From positions 1,327,620 to 1,391,619 of the forward strand of contig BDGG01000004.1 of the NCBI GenBank assembly GCA_001949185.1: a stretch of 64,000 nt of DNA, given 5' to 3'. Positions 48,388 to 61,647 of this stretch are shown here, one piece after another. Both the position numbers and the translations under genes were made by a program. The notes under the pieces were generated by a model. That model did no database searches. It saw nothing but the letters and a program-made list of their open reading frames with translations, and was not told where the DNA came from. Positions within the stretch are counted from its first letter, which is position 1. Each line of letters begins with the position of its first letter. This DNA comes from Ramazzottius varieornatus (lineage: Eukaryota; Animalia; Tardigrada).

Positions 48388-51300
48388 CTACAACCAACCA
48401 TACAACACAACAATCTCATCCGTTTCCCAAATTCTCTCGCTACGATAAATTTGTCACAATGAACAAGCAACACGTATAAACTGTCGCAATCACGTGCAGA
48501 ATCTCACTTCCTCAATATTCGCACTAAACAGAGAGGTGGCCTAGAAGATGACAAATCGTTAAGCAAACTATGAACTCTAATTTCACTTTTCCTACACGAG
48601 CTTTAGCCGCCTGGTTGCTGCTTGCCGTACATCTCGCGCAAACGCGTATTAGATCAGAGGTTAAACTGCGTGCAAGGTGGCCCGATGCATGCTAGGAACC
48701 TTCAACCGCGTACATGACAATGCACCTCTAAACCGTAAACCTAACACACATACACAACAAATCACCAAGTTATCAGCATGTACGACTGTAGCCGCTGATA
48801 TGCACGAAGGCACCATTACTGTACAACATGCCTGAAGATCACACGTCCCTTCCTTCCTGCGGCAGCCAGCAACTGAGCGATATCACCACGTAGATTTGCT
48901 ATTCATCCAAATTGACTGATTACATAAAACACGGAAAAAAGACCCCCTCTCAATCGGAAAACCATCACACTTGTTGCTACTGCAGATTTTCCCCCGTCAG
49001 CATCGTAAACGGCACAAAGTTGCTTTAAAGTCCCACGAGGGACATGCATAGTCGCCATAAGGAAACCCTCTATATTTAATTCGTCATTTCACCGTTAAGC
49101 AGTCCGAAACTAACATTTTCGAAAGGTATTCCATGCCTAGGCGTTCGCCACATATTCTCAAGGCAGCTTCGGGTAAAGGTTCTGCGTATCCCGGATATGG
49201 CCACTTCAGAGGCAGGCGAAGACGTCCAAAGCACCGAAAATCACGGTGAATCTGTACAACAAACACTGTAACAACTTTTTCCTTCAAGCACAGCAGTCAC
49301 AACACTAATAAAATCTGTCGCATGTGATAAGGTCGGGTTCGGCGTATACAGTCCCATTCGCATATTCATCCGGTAAAGATAGAACCTATCCTCTACACAC
49401 TCCAAAATACAAATTCATTCCCTGCGGGAGGCGAACAAGAAAAGCAACATCCTGCAAAGACGTCATCAGTCAACTACATCGCTGCCTGGCCAACATGTAC
49501 GACAGCAGTCAATCGCCTAGTTTCCCTCTCTGACATACGCAACGCAACATCCTCTCGTTGCCGTAGCCGTATATACGGGCTGCAGCTTTAAACAAGTTAA
49601 GCAAGCGTCATTTGACTGTCAACGGCGCAAAGACTGACTTGGAGCTGCCATCGAAAGGCGGTTACAGTCATACAGGTAAGTACCGCACCGCACTGTAATA
49701 TCACGGGAAACAAGACGACGTGCCGAGACTCTAATCTGTACTTGTAGATTAAAAATCACCCACCAGTCCGTCGTGGCAGGCTATATGGCTAGATAGGTAG
49801 TAGACTGAATATAGCCTTGAACGACGTCACTAGCAAAACTACCCTCCGATGATTCACACAGAGAAGAGCCCTTCCTACGATAATGCAACCCAGCTGCACT
49901 CTCCCTCTAACTGAAACTGGACAACCAAGCCTACGATCAGCAATGCCTCATCCGGTTCATCCCTTTGAAACGTCCCACTAGCCTTCCCCACCAGAGCGAA
50001 CTCTTCTGGGTTCCCCGGACGAACCAGGAAAAATAATCTGGGAAATGGGTACCTGCCAATGAGTAACGCCTTTCACCAAGTTCAGCGCATTTCCAAGCAC
50101 ACTGCGTGCGATCTAGATAAAACTACACAGCAGCAAAGCAAAGCCTGTCAAAGTATTCAGATCACAGTACTATTAGGGAAAAGGGGGAAGTGGGGAAAGG
50201 TTACGTACCTGGTGGACCGCTGCTGGCAATCTTCTGCTGATGTGATCCCACAAGTGTCATTCCATTAACACGTTCTTGCATGCCAATTGAAAAGCACCAC
50301 ACAGTTAGGACGGGGGTATTTTAAACGTCGTTGCTTGCAAGAGCTGACTGTTTCACAATGCTGCAAACCGTAAGCAGATAGTCTCTGTACGACGTATATA
50401 TAGCGACATGCCGTCAAAACTACTGCATCACAGTCGCGCTCTGCATATAACATAACGGAACCGCGCTTACTTTCATTTAGGCAAAGCAGCGCAGCTAGCG
50501 CGAGAGATGGCCTGAGCACTTGTGTGTTGGTTGCGATACTTGCGTCTGAGACGAGACGAAGGGCAAAGGAATCGCTCATCTGACCATTATCAACATCATG
50601 AGATTCATAGGCAGCAGCAGCAGCAGCAGCTAACAAGAGCCTTCGTCGCTATGCTTCACCGATCGATATACGAGTATAGGACATCACAGGAGCCCGACGA
50701 TACTCTGCACTACGGCAAAAGAGCTGTGACGTATGTCTGAAAGCGACTACAAGTAGGAATCCATTCCGCCAAATGTAACCTCACACCAGCTTTAAACCCC
50801 TCCACAGACGCAATTGATCAGTCTAGAAGAAAGTACAAGTTTCACCATTCACAACCATATTGAGAGCAGAATCGCGCCTTGTCATCTCCCCTACTGTATC
50901 GCCACAGTCGCACAGAGAGTCACAGACGACGGTAAAGGCTCCCAGAAAATCGTTAAAAAACTTCTAGGATGATGGCACTAAACTCGCCAGTTAGCTCAAA
51001 TCTAATCCAGCTCCATCGCTGCGGCGTTTATCCAGTTCTGTGGCGTCTCTTCTTTGTTATCTCCTACCACGCATGCAAATTGGCCTCCCGTGTGCACAAA
51101 AAGGCCCTTCTGAATCCTTTCGAACCTTCTCACCTGCCCAAATGTGAATCGAATATACAAGGCTATTCGAAACATACGAAGACCTTTTCTACATGCGAAA
51201 TTTCCCATCGCCTCTTAACCAGTCACTGGCTCCTGACAACAAGCTTCGATACACCTACGGAGCGGAGTAGCTAAGCTGAGGTCCACAGGTAAAAGCTCGC

Positions 51301-52249
51301 TTGGTTCTCGAAGATCTCCGCGAGGCACGAAAACCATGCAAAAATCAAGCAAGACCCCGAGACTAGCCAGTCACACATCGAAGTCCCGGGTGGCGACAAC
51401 ATGTACGAATCGCCCCTGGGATCTTCAAGGGATAGGTCTTTCGGGTTGGGCGTGACGAGCCTTCAATGCCTCCGTTCCGAGTTTGGTGTAGCATGTTTCT
51501 AATTCCCACACATGGATCCTATAATGAACCAGAGACGTAGGCGTATTAACGTGGTCCCGCCGCACTTCTCTTCCTTGGTTCTGTCGCGCTCGGCTTCCTG
51601 GCACATATACAGAACTCCTGCTGCTTGATAGGTGGTTCTTCCGTCACTGAAGATTATCATGCAACCGGTTCGCAATCTGATCGCAGTGATGCTTACGGCA
51701 GTTTTGTTGCTAACCTTCGAAACTGCGCAGAGTCCCAAACTTACACAGCAAACCTTTCACAAGACTTGTTAGCTGACGTGAATACCACTGCAGCACCGTC
51801 CAATGTTCACCACAAATTCAAGGTTACGGCATACAGCAACAAAGCTAGCAATTCGGTGGCCATCACTTTGCGAAGTACAATACTCCGGCAACAAGCACGA
51901 ACATCGATCGCCCCTCGCGATGTACCACTAATTACTGAATGACATGCATTGAACGTATCGGTTGTACAGCAGCAATCACAGTGGTCGTCACCGTGGTCTT
52001 GAAACTGCCATAGTTCCATTGTCAAGTAATCGCTGAAAACAACCACCTTGACGGACCAGTTCGTTCACTGCTGGCACCCCTTTCTAACATTCACTCTAAA
52101 CAAAACCTGTTTCAGGTATGTACATCGACGGTATACCACCATACCGACGATTGCTTTAACGACACCGAAAGTCTCAGCTGATGAATTGTCTCAATCAGTC
52201 CGCAAAATGCCACAGGTGGCGCTGCTATCCGGAATCACATCGCGGAATT

Positions 52250-52306
52250 TTCCTACTGTCTATTGTTTGTCTATTTTCCGTATTGTCTATGGTTTGTCTA
52301 TTTTCC
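52250..52306. repeat. Short tandem duplication (~27-bp unit x2)
   Basis: tactgtctattgtttgtctattttccg / tattgtctatggtttgtctattttcc. Confidence 0.6.
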
Positions 52307-55300
52307 TCGAATTAAATCCTACGAAGAACGCCGTCGGAAGATCCTAATTACTTCTTGAGACGTTGTTGATCGAAAATATCATTGTCTCATAAGTACTTGA
52401 ACACCTAAGCCTTGTGGAGATAAAGTCACCGAAAGTCGCGAGAAGCGCCTTGAGAAACTCGTCGGCCTAAAACAGAGAGGCGCTCGTCTATAACTCTAAC
52501 ACGATACAAGCACGTCGAGAAAAACCAACAATGACATTGATACCCAGATTCGGTCTTGAAGCTTCACTTCACCGCTTTCCCACTCGAAATGCATACCACA
52601 CGTCGGGCAATGTTGCATACACCACGTAAGTATTTGAGTTAGCCGGCAGAGTTCCACCATCACTGCGGTATCTCGCGCTAACGTGCAGCCATTTCCATGG
52701 TTAGCTGTTTTCTCAGTGACGACCTACTTCCGTTTCGGCTACCTTTTTGGTCGTTTGTCAAGTACAACGTCTAGTCATATGCTGATACGCAATGTTACAG
52801 CCTACCCTTCAAACACGCGCAATCAAACATACACACACAACAAACCCGATTACTTCTTCCTGATTGTTCCATTAATTTCTCTCTCTCTCTCCCTCTCTTC
52901 TCTTTCTCCACCAATTCCACAAACTTCCTACATACATGAGAAACTCCACCACAAAAAGCAAGCTTTATAATCAGTCACACATGAAACCAAGGGGAATTGC
53001 TTACCAGGAGAAAGGGGGAGATAGGGGAGAGCCCGCTCCTTGGCGTGGGATGGCCAAGAGCTGGCGCAGAGTGCGATCGCCTTTACTTCCGTTCTCGCTC
53101 ATGGTCGACTCGTTTCGTGCCGGACATGCAAATTCTCGCTAGTCACTTTTGACGCCGAGCCGGTTCGAGTATACAATCACCATGCCATGCTCAGATGGAA
53201 AAAGTCGTCACACCACCGCGGACACACTGCAAAATGGACACAAGGAATAACTTCACCAAACGAAGGCAGTATAATTCCCCAAATAGTTTCCACAAATATT
53301 CAGACAACACGACCGGAAGTAAAGTATCAATCAGGATAGCGGAGATGATCGTGCAAGATTGGTATGTATATTTGTCCTCTGTTGAAGAACGAAGGAAGGA
53401 AGGGAGAAATTTCAAAAGGAGAAGACAACATGCGGAGACCGAGTGAACTCTATCTGCCTACTGCACAGTGCACATCAACATAAACACACCTCAAAAATGC
53501 AGCAGTAGCAAATCGACGTAATTGCTAATCAGCACAAAACCATGAAAATGATGGCACTGGTAAGTAGCCGAAAGTATGCCGAGCTGCCAGTAGACTGTGG
53601 GACGTACAAGCTGCAAGTATTTTACCGCTTTACCCTTCATACACACACGTGGCGAACGTTTACTTCCACCATCAAGCCCTACAGCGCTGCTACCACTACG
53701 ATGTAAGAGTTTCCGAACTCTCAGCGCCGATGTACGGTATCAATTCCGCAAGAGTAAAGACTCGCCGCTTGATTCAACAGGTACTGCGCCGCCGGAAACC
53801 CTCCACTCTAACGTGTAATCGGTCTCGTGCCCCATGCATCTAGCTTGCTGATGCTAGAAAATTCTCAAGTAATTAAGGACGCCAACGCTGACTGACGGAC
53901 CGCTTCCACGGACCACGGTCACACCTAAAAGTGACAAGTGAAAACCTCGGTAATGTTCTCCGGGTTCTTCGTATTCTAATCAGGTAAATTCGCTGATTCC
54001 TGTCAAGCAAGCTGAAGCAATACTCGGAGGGCGGTAAATCACGCATCTAGTCCGATAGGCGACAAACCGAACCCCAGAAACCAAAAGATGCAACTTGATT
54101 AGATTGGTGAATAGTTAACGCTAAGCAGCCAAGACGGAAGTGGTGCAGCAAAGAGCAACACTATGCGTGACGTCCTCGTGTTGTGGTGATGAATCGCTTC
54201 CGATAAAGGAACGAGCCCTCACAAACGTGACGACTTTTGAACGAGTTGAGCAGCACTTCAGAGTGCCATCTAGAAATAAAGCTGCGAAGAACAAATGCCT
54301 CTCTCTTTTCCGATAACTTGCGAAATTTCACAGGCTGCGGTACCTGTTGACTCTGCCTAGCAGCCCTCTCATTTCCGGCGGGAAAACTTCTGCATCTGCT
54401 GCGATGGTAAAAAGTCCTTGGAAGGTAAGTGGCACTACCTACTGAGTGCGCTCTTCGGCAGTAGTCACTTCTCTACAAACAAAACTTTTGAGCAGCGTAA
54501 CGAAACCACGCGACACGAACAACGTTAGCCAGAAACTGGGCGGTGGGCCATCGATCCTCATAGCTATAAGTTTCGTCGAAGGCTTCATAATGATCGGTCT
54601 CTTGTAGTACCTGTGCCTTTCTGCTGCATGAAAAACGAGAACGCCTCAAAGTAAGGATGTCAAACCTTAAATGGGACGACAACCATGCTTTCTTTCTGGA
54701 GAGCTCGGTTCAGGTTCCTGCGAGAATGTGCTCCATGTCCATGATACGTTCCTCACTTTGGTAGAAGTCTAGCCTGCTGTTCCTTCGGAGATACCGGATG
54801 ATGAAACGGTGCAGTCCGACTGTCCTTCAATCCGCACGACTGAACTTAGATGATTAATTCAAACGCAAACGGCAATCCAGAACGACCACCCAAATTCAGC
54901 GTACCGTAACTGCACGGCGGTGATGACCGCACCCTGGAGAGACTGAGAGAACTTCCAGAACATAAGATTTAATTACTGGAGTACCAACATAACGACAACA
55001 TCAATTGATATGCGAACTTCGATCTCGCTGGTAATTTGATATAGCCAAGTTTATCGTTTCACTCACCCATTTTCCTTTCGTTTCCTTTGTCCACCTTCCT
55101 TCATACCGTATCGGACGAAACGAAAGAGCTATTCGAGGCGATAATGGTGGTCCGGACTGTCCACTCCGCTCCAACGATGTGGTTTAGTTTAATGGTTATG
55201 TAGACAGAAGCTTCTCGGGACGCTAAAGTCCGGATGCTCTCTCTTCAGGCAACAGGCATCATCAGTTGCCTCCGAATCTTGGGTATAACTTCCCCATGCC

Positions 55301-55761
55301 TCTTCTGGTCAGATGAACAGTACCAGCGTCCCACGCATCTTATTTCGGAAGCAACAAACGAGGAATCTCCAGAATCGGAAGTCAGAAAATCTAAAACAGC
55401 AAAACAGACAAACCAGATTTACGCACCGGGGGGTCGATTTTAGCTCAGGGGAGGTGCAGTCAGACCAGTCGGTTGATTGATTATTGGAGGCAGCTTGGAC
55501 TTGGAGGTTTGAAGCGGTCGACTTGACCAGTTGAACGACTTGAACGTGCAGTTCGAGCTGGGGTGGAGAAATCCAGAAAACATTTCCATGATTAAAATTT
55601 TCAACAACGTTTTTTCGATGAATCATCCATTGTTGGTTTTCCGAGTTACGGCAAACTCAAGTCTCAAAAAGATCTGTTCTTCGGGTACGTACTAGTCATT
55701 CAAAAACCGTGGTAGATGCTGACCTAGCCTGCGGGGATCGTACTGACAACTGGACAGGAGA

Positions 55762-57873
55762 ATGGCTCTAGAGTCGGAGGATATACTGCTCCCCGTCGAC
55801 AATGGACCGGCTACCGATAACCGACTATGTGATCCTCACCTATCGCCTTGGCCCTTGGAAAATAGCGTGGCTGCTGGAGGAGAGCATGTCTGGGTTCCGT
55901 TCTCTTTCACGCATGTGGAATACGTTAAAGGTAAGAAGTCTTTTACTTACGCCAAAGCTTTGGTTACGCGATACTCCGCTAACTAGAAGGTCTGAGTCCC
56001 GTTTGACTGAAAGTGTATGCTGTGCATGCTGGCTGTTCTTTAGGAGACCTCTTCGGAATGATAATGGCAGTATCGAGTCTTCTACCCATCTTCATTGTTG
56101 TGGGATTCACGACGCTGATATATTTTCGACGAGACTTGCATACAGTGAGTTAAGGGTGAAGTTACCATGTATCGTTTTAGTTGCCTATTTGGTGAAAGAT
56201 AATGTCTGTTTCTAGATTGCATTTTTTGCAGGAACCCTACTTAATGAGCTGATGAACATGGTGCTGAAACGAAGCTTGGGACATCTTCGGCCATGTACAA
56301 ACCGAAAACACTATGGCTCAAACTATGCGATGCCGTCCAACCATTCTCAGTTTGCGTGGTTCTTCATCACGTATTTGATCTTGTTCGTGTTATTTAGGTA
56401 ACTGCTGTTATAATATTATATCGAACGTATTGGGAGACCATTGCGCCTTTCTGCGAAGACTCTTTCCTCTGTAACGGCTCGGAATTCTCCGTAGGTTACG
56501 GCCGTCTCCGGTTCCTCCAAAGTCCAGATGGATGGAAAGTCTGGAAACGGGTTGGAAAGCCCTGGTTATTTTTGGAGCCTTGGTCGCTGGATGTGCGGTA
56601 TCCTTTAGCAGGTTCGCCAGTTCCCGGTGGAATATAGATGAGAATCTGATAGGATCAGAGTATAAGCTGCGGCTTGTGTTTTGCAGAGCGTACTTGCACT
56701 ACCATTCCAGCTCTCAAGTGCTGCTGGGTTCGTCTATTGGAATCGTTCTGGGTACTGTGTGGTACTTGATAGTCGGATCCTACCTGATACCGCTGTTTCC
56801 GGTTATTGCGTCTTGGTATGTAGTGTAGAGCATTTACGATGTTATCAATAATAATTACAGCCCGAGGCGGCCAAGTGACTACCACCTATGAAATTAGCTC
56901 GTTTTCGACCGGGTTGCCAACTTCGAAGCTGATTTTCTTTGGTCCAGAATTCTTTTTGCAACCTCCCAAAAAATAACTGTTCGGTAATCTACCCAGTGGA
57001 AATCAAAATCGGCGTGAAACCAGGCTTGGTGAATATTGGAAACTGCAACCAACTTTCGTAGTTTTCGGAGTCCGTTTTCGGAGTCCATTTCCGAAATTTA
57101 TTTCTCAGTTTTCAGTTGACGGCCTGCGGTGATCTTATTCAAAATAAATAGAAGAGGGATCTGGCCACATGAAAAACGGTCGAATCTACCGTTTGAGGCA
57201 CGGGCAACAATTTTTGCCGCAAAGAGGGATTTCCCTGCAAAATGGCCAAATTCAACAGTTTTAATTCCCTGGCCAAGTTGGTTTGGCTATTTCATGATAT
57301 TTTCTGGTTTTAAATCGCAAGCCAGATAGTCTCATGTGCGTTAAGATCAAGCTGGGGCTTCATAACCGAATACGGAATTCTAGAAGTAAGGTTTTGGTCA
57401 TGGAAAGGTATCTTCCGCACCGGAAGTCATGCCGATCAACTTTCCCACACCATTTCTCAACCGATGTGAATCTTACTCATTTCAGTGGAAACAGCTTGAA
57501 AAGTTCTCTGAAAAGTGTGAAGGAGTGCACGATAAGACGTAAACTGATTTTTTCATAGCGCCCTGATCAAGTGGTAGTCACTTGGCCGCCTCAGGCTGTA
57601 TGTGATTTCTGTCTACTTCTGTTAGCATACAGTAATGGTTTTATGTTACAGGAGAGTCTGTGAGGCCTTGTTGATAAGAGATACGACGCTGATACCGAAT
57701 ATTTTCCTATTCGAATACTCAAAGATTAGGGAAGAAAACAGGTAAGTCACTACGGTTCGCGTCGTCGAACTTCTTACCGGTCTTGCACTTAATTATGGTG
57801 GATCACTGATCGACTTCTTCTCATTTCTAGTCTGCGTTTACGGAAGCTGCGGACCTCGAACCGCAGCCAGTGA
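55762..57873 (+). CDS. DOLPP1: Dolichyldiphosphatase 1 (PAP2 family), multi-exon
   Basis: FTHVEY..GD, FRRDLHT, LK....RP, MPSNHSQF, SR.YLHYHS..QVL.G, LIRDTTLIPNI..FEY. Confidence 0.92.
56858..57598. mobile_element. Non-autonomous Tc1/mariner-like element (741 bp, 28-bp TIRs, TA TSD) in a DOLPP1 intron
   Basis: ta|cagcccgaggcggccaagtgactaccac ... gtggtagtcacttggccgcctcaggctg|ta (1 mismatch). Confidence 0.9.
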
Positions 57874-59552
57874 AATGAAGATGTGATGTCAGGATGAGGA
57901 TGACGAGCTCAACGTCCGGGTGCCTTCAACTGGTGCCGCCCGAAGCATATAAGACTTTATAAGTATCTAGTGTCCGTCCAGAAGATTTTGCGAATGTCCA
58001 AGTTGTTTTTTTATACTTCTCACAGTTTACAAACCGATACTATAGCAATTATGGAACACGGAATCAGCTATGAACTTTGGTCTCACTAAACTAGTTAAGT
58101 AAGAGACTTCAGTTGGAAGATAAGTAAATCATCTTCCCAGCAAGTACGGGTTAAATTCACAGCATTCCGCGTGCGTCTAACTCAGAAGTACTCTTTTTTT
58201 ATCGCGTGTAACTTAAGAAGTTATTCCACGTCGGCGGGAATGAAATTCGAGTGTTCAAGTTGAGTCTCTGACTTTCAAGTTCTTCAACATCGTCTTACTG
58301 TTACATGAGCAACATGACATCATGATATTGATTTGTATGGGTATTACTATGTAGTATGACAGAACCATACAACCTGCGTATTACGTCACCGCCATTCTGG
58401 TCATCTCGGATTCTCGATTCTCCATGATTCACTTGAACTCTTCTCGAACCTTGTGGACCGACTAATTTGTGGAATCTGCACTAATCTTTGAACGCTCTGT
58501 GAGCTCGTAAGAGTGGAAGATTGCTGGATTACGGTTACGGTGCCTTGTGGAGGAACCCCGACGACATGTGAACGGTGTTGCACCAGCTGTCGGAGGTACG
58601 CAAGATAGATACTCGTACAGTCGTACTGTAAGCTGTCTTATCAAAGATCTGCGCGCTATTCCTGAACGCAAGAAGATGAAAGATGCGTGTTATTTTTACA
58701 GACTCGCTTACCGCTATTGATGCGGTGATAATGGTTAGGAATTACCCATATGATTCCGTCGTGAATAGACCTCTTTCGTGCCGCCTTGTGAGGCATCCTT
58801 TTGGCGGCATTACGATGAGGCAGCATGAATGGATCTCCCGTGGTGAATGGGTTTGTTCGCCTTTCTTCGACTGCTGAATCCTCTGTGGACCCACGCACGT
58901 CACGAAGTGAAGCTCGGAGCGTTGCGGGAACATGTCGATACCCAAGGAGCTTGCTGTATGCGATCAAATTCAGTCCGGGAGGCCGTTTGCGGTCCTGCGT
59001 AATGGAATGAACGGTAAGCGGGTAAGGCATGAAAATCGCGCGAGAATGACTTTGCTGGGGTTTCCCATAATACCACACAGCTTACGCCTGCCACCCTCTA
59101 CCAATTATCTTTAATTTGTCATGCGTGTTCCTGCCATATTTCCGCTGGTTTCCAGTGTAGTAATGTCTTGATCAGAGGGAACTGCCTCCACACAGCCGAA
59201 GTCTTACGATTAGCCGTATCAGCTTCTTTACTTTGCAGGTATTGGTACTACATTCCGTTTCAACTTCGATTCGTGTTCGAAAAAAACTTCCGTCTTTGCC
59301 AAAGGTGAAAAACGACTTTTACCCCGATTCACCAGCCTGTTGGCCAGGATTTCAAGTACCACAGTGCAAGCATTCCTCATAGTCAGAGCCTCAATGTCTC
59401 TAAAGAAATCATTTCTGATCATAACTTAATAAGTTATTTCCGAATGGCTCATTCACTTGGCTGCGGTGCTGCTGCCAGTCATAGTTTCATTTTCTTTCAG
59501 CTGCTGATGCCGATCTCTCTCGAGTGAGGACCTAAAAGTTTTCCCGCGTTAG

Positions 59553-59918
59553 GATCAAGAACATGGCAACGCTACGAGTGCCTTGTGCCAGCGAGGGTCA
59601 TACCAGTCTGCACCGAAGAAGATCGCTGAGTCCTTCGACGTCCTTCTGGAGACACTCATCCTCTCCAACAAGCTCCTCTGTCTCTGACCATGCCAGAGCA
59701 TCCGCGACGAAGCAGAACTCCCTAACAATACCAGCGCTATCTTCACGAAGAACGTCAATAACCTTCTGCGGAATGTCTCTGTCGGTGTTCGGTGGCGGAC
59801 CTTCCTCTCCGATGGCCACCAGCCCGGACTATTCAGCCTGCGCCTGGCCCCATCTCTTCGTCCCGACTTCCGGCTCGAAAGATATGGAATACAGGAAGAT
59901 GTCGAACGGCTCTACCAA
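59553..59918 (+). pseudogene. Isolated exon-like segment with a single in-frame TGA
   Basis: ag|GAT CAA GAA...CTC TAC CAA|gtaag, 122 codons, many C-ending codons, TGA at 59685-59687. Confidence 0.4.
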
Positions 59919-61277
59919 GTAAGAACCTTCTTATTACTCGATAGCCATGATAGCATTTTCAGGTCATCGAAGCCACACTTCTTTGCACCAAGATCAAATG
60001 CGTATTGATATTGAATTTCACCCAAACTGATAACCATGTTGATCATACATAAGACCTACGTTGTATTTGCTGAAACAAGTGCTGTTCGAGGGAGAAAGCG
60101 GGTGTATTTAAGGGAACTTTATGAGGTTCGTTGCTCATGACAATTCCGGAGCTTTTGTGACATGTTTTTAGGACTTTCTTTTCAGTTTGGAGGAATGCTT
60201 TGCGGGAGTTAGGGCCTCGCGTGGAGCCACGACAGGTTCAGTGCGTCGGGCGGACTTCCATGTTCCTCTTATTCTTGTTGGTCCTTGTTGATGCCTGTGT
60301 TCCGGATACGCGATCGATGTCTCGAGGATAGAACACGACACTGTGAAGGTGTCGCCCAACTTAATTAGCCGGATACAGTGGGAACAAGTTGTCACAGGAA
60401 AAGAGCGAGGGTTGTCCCCGCAGTCCGGAGGATGAGTGGTGTGCTTCGTTTACCGTTATTAAATTAGTCTCGCGTCGTACGTGGCGGTCTGTACGGAAGC
60501 TAATTCGGTCCTTTCCATCTTGAGGTTTGGGATAGCTAATTTCAGTTCCACCTGACCTTGCAGATCTCGCTTTACCTTCGAGGTTATCGATATTAGGCAG
60601 TACTCCACAACCCAACCGGCGAGTCGCGACGCAGGCAGTTAGGCTCGTCATGAAGTACCGGACCGCATGTTCATGGGCACCGGGAACCCACGGCCAGACC
60701 TAAGGTACCGCTTAACCTAAGGAAAATGTATCTCGTTCCCGGCTCCGAATTTATGGACCGGTCAGTGTGAAGGGCCATTCAATCAGGAGGATCTTTGATA
60801 CCACTAGATCTCCACGGCTGCATCTTCTGCACTAGCTAGTGGTTCTGACCACTGGGAAGGCCGAGCAAAGAAGGTAAACACATAGAGCCACATTTTTACT
60901 GCGTTGCGTTGTTCAATGCTAGTGGCAACTTTCTCCTCCTATAAAAGAAAAGTTTGCAAGTTTGACACGGCGTTCAAAATCAAAGTACTGCAGATACCTG
61001 GCTCATGGGAGTGTCTGGTGCCACTGTAGATGGGGTAGCACGGCTAGTGATGTTTCGGGGGGGGGGGGGAAGAATCCCCTGCCGGCTCGCATTCCGGAGC
61101 TTCGCACCTCCGTTGCTCGGTCGTCCGACGTCCACTATGCCTCCAGTTCGCCTGGGGCAGTGGTCTGCACTGAGGTAGTGGGCTGTAGCCGCTTTGCTGT
61201 TGCCATTCTCACAAGGGGATTATGCCGGTCCCATAGTCAAACCGTTCCGGAAAACCGATAGAAGAGAGTCGCTTGTA

Positions 61278-61647
61278 TGATATGAGCTAGAGAGCTAAAT
61301 CCCCCAACGATCCTGGATTAAACTACAGGAGACGGAAATGACGGACCTAAACTATTGTAGTGACGTAAGCTCTTGGATTGGGAGTTTGATCAGATTAGTC
61401 GATGACTGTTCCGTCAGATTCAGACTGGATGGTGTGCTACCGCGCATCTTCAGCTAGTTTCGGCGCGCTGTTCGGTCATCCTGTTAATCATGCAGCTGAG
61501 CAACTTGTTCGTAATGTCCTCAATCAACACTCGCAATCAAAGCTTCACGTCATCGCGGCATACTGGAGTGGTCAATTGAATTCCATTTCCCACCCCTGTA
61601 GTTCACTCCAGGACCGTCGGGGGGTTTTAGCTCCCTAGCTCAGATCG
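61278..61647. mobile_element. Older MITE-like element (370 bp, ~65-bp diverged TIRs, TA TSD)
   Basis: ta|tgatatgagctagagagctaaatcccccaacgatcctggattaaactacagg...ggaaatg is inverted at catttcc...cctgtagttcactccaggaccgtcggggggttttagctccctagctcagatcg|ta. Confidence 0.75.

Noticed and set aside
50611-50630. (CAG)n tract within ORFs 50265-50636 and 50522-50740
   Set aside because: A simple microsatellite; the surrounding ORFs have no coding signature.
52213-52226. caggtggcgctgct as a further palindrome copy
   Set aside because: Half-site only, with no partner arm at the family spacing.
58401-58583. GVPPQGTV as a LINE reverse-transcriptase motif
   Set aside because: Spacing differs from GVPQG and no YADD or other RT motif follows.
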